Source: an uncultured Acidobacteriota bacterium (GTDB lineage: Bacteria > Acidobacteriota > UBA6911). Taken from it: DNA of 64,000 nucleotides. Location of the stretch: contig CAWHCF010000044.1 in NCBI GenBank assembly GCA_963827655.1, positions 96,001 to 160,000 on the forward strand, read 5' to 3'. The position numbers and the translations under genes are program-made. Below, one piece after another: positions 63,653-64,000 of this stretch. Every line of letters begins with the position of its first letter. Positions within the stretch are counted from its first letter, which is position 1. The notes under the pieces were generated by a model. It was given only the letters and a program-made list of their open reading frames with translations. It did no database searches and was not told the DNA's origin.

Positions 63653-64000
63653 ATGAATGTCTTAGGTATACATGACGGACACAACGCGTCCGCGGTGATC
63701 CTGAAAAATGGACGCATAGTGGCCGGTGTGCAGGAAGAACGGCCCCGCGGCCTTAAGAATGCAATGGGGATGCCGCGTGCCGCCATCGCGGATGTCCTGT
63801 CACAGGCGGGGTTGAAGCCGGGCGACATAGACCTAGTTGCTCTCGCCGGACTGCACAATAGTGAATACATAGATATTGATCCATCCGCCAAACCCTCGGA
63901 ACAGGTCCTGCGTCAGCATCTTGCTGCCTACGAAGGGAACTCAATCAACGTGAAGGGATTCGTGCGGCGTTTCGTCCCGGATAGTGTCTACGAATCACTA
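63653..64000 (+). CDS. Carbamoyltransferase, copy 3 (3'-truncated by window edge; absent from the ORF track)
   Basis: Manual translation MNVLGIHDGHNASAVILKNGRIVAGVQEERPRGLKN...P..AI..VL, open to the end of the window. Confidence 0.85.
   Translation, partial: MNVLGIHDGHNASAVILKNGRIVAGVQEERPRGLKNAMGMPRAAIADVLSQAGLKPGDIDLVALAGLHNSEYIDIDPSAKPSEQVLRQHLAAYEGNSINVKGFVRRFVPDSVYESL

Overview
The whole 64 kb window is the interior of one very large, single-strand (+) cell-surface glycan biosynthesis and decoration locus from a GC-rich bacterium; it runs off both ends inside carbamoyltransferase genes. It encodes a nonulosonic (sialic-type) acid pathway (neuB-neuC-neuA plus a likely transferase), a GDP-heptose pathway with oxidase, epimerase, C- and O-methyltransferases, a Wzm/Wzt exporter, a Wzy/WaaL-type protein, an initiating phosphoglycosyl transferase, a CapD-type dehydratase, GT2/GT4/GT-C glycosyltransferases, and a very dense tailoring set. 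That set comprises 3 carbamoyltransferases, 3 SGNH proteins plus a relic, 2 AsnB amidotransferases plus an AsnB-like ligase, FemABX, a CapK-like ligase, a sulfotransferase with PAPS synthase, a deacetylase, 8 methyltransferases and 2 CapA paralogs. About 19 genes are broken by single-base frameshifts, most likely long-read errors. Two candidate undescribed systems stand out. (1) A NamH/CMAH-family hydroxylase with an adjacent Rieske gene lies in the same locus as neuBCA, suggesting bacterial N-glycolyl-sialic acid synthesis. (2) Duplicated carbamoyltransferase-SxtJ-SxtK(-SGNH) modules end in a DltX-like (F/D)IYTLF tyrosine motif, suggesting an MBOAT-free peptide shuttle for extracytoplasmic carbamoylation. 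All family calls come from motif recognition and my recall of the reference proteins; no database searches were run.
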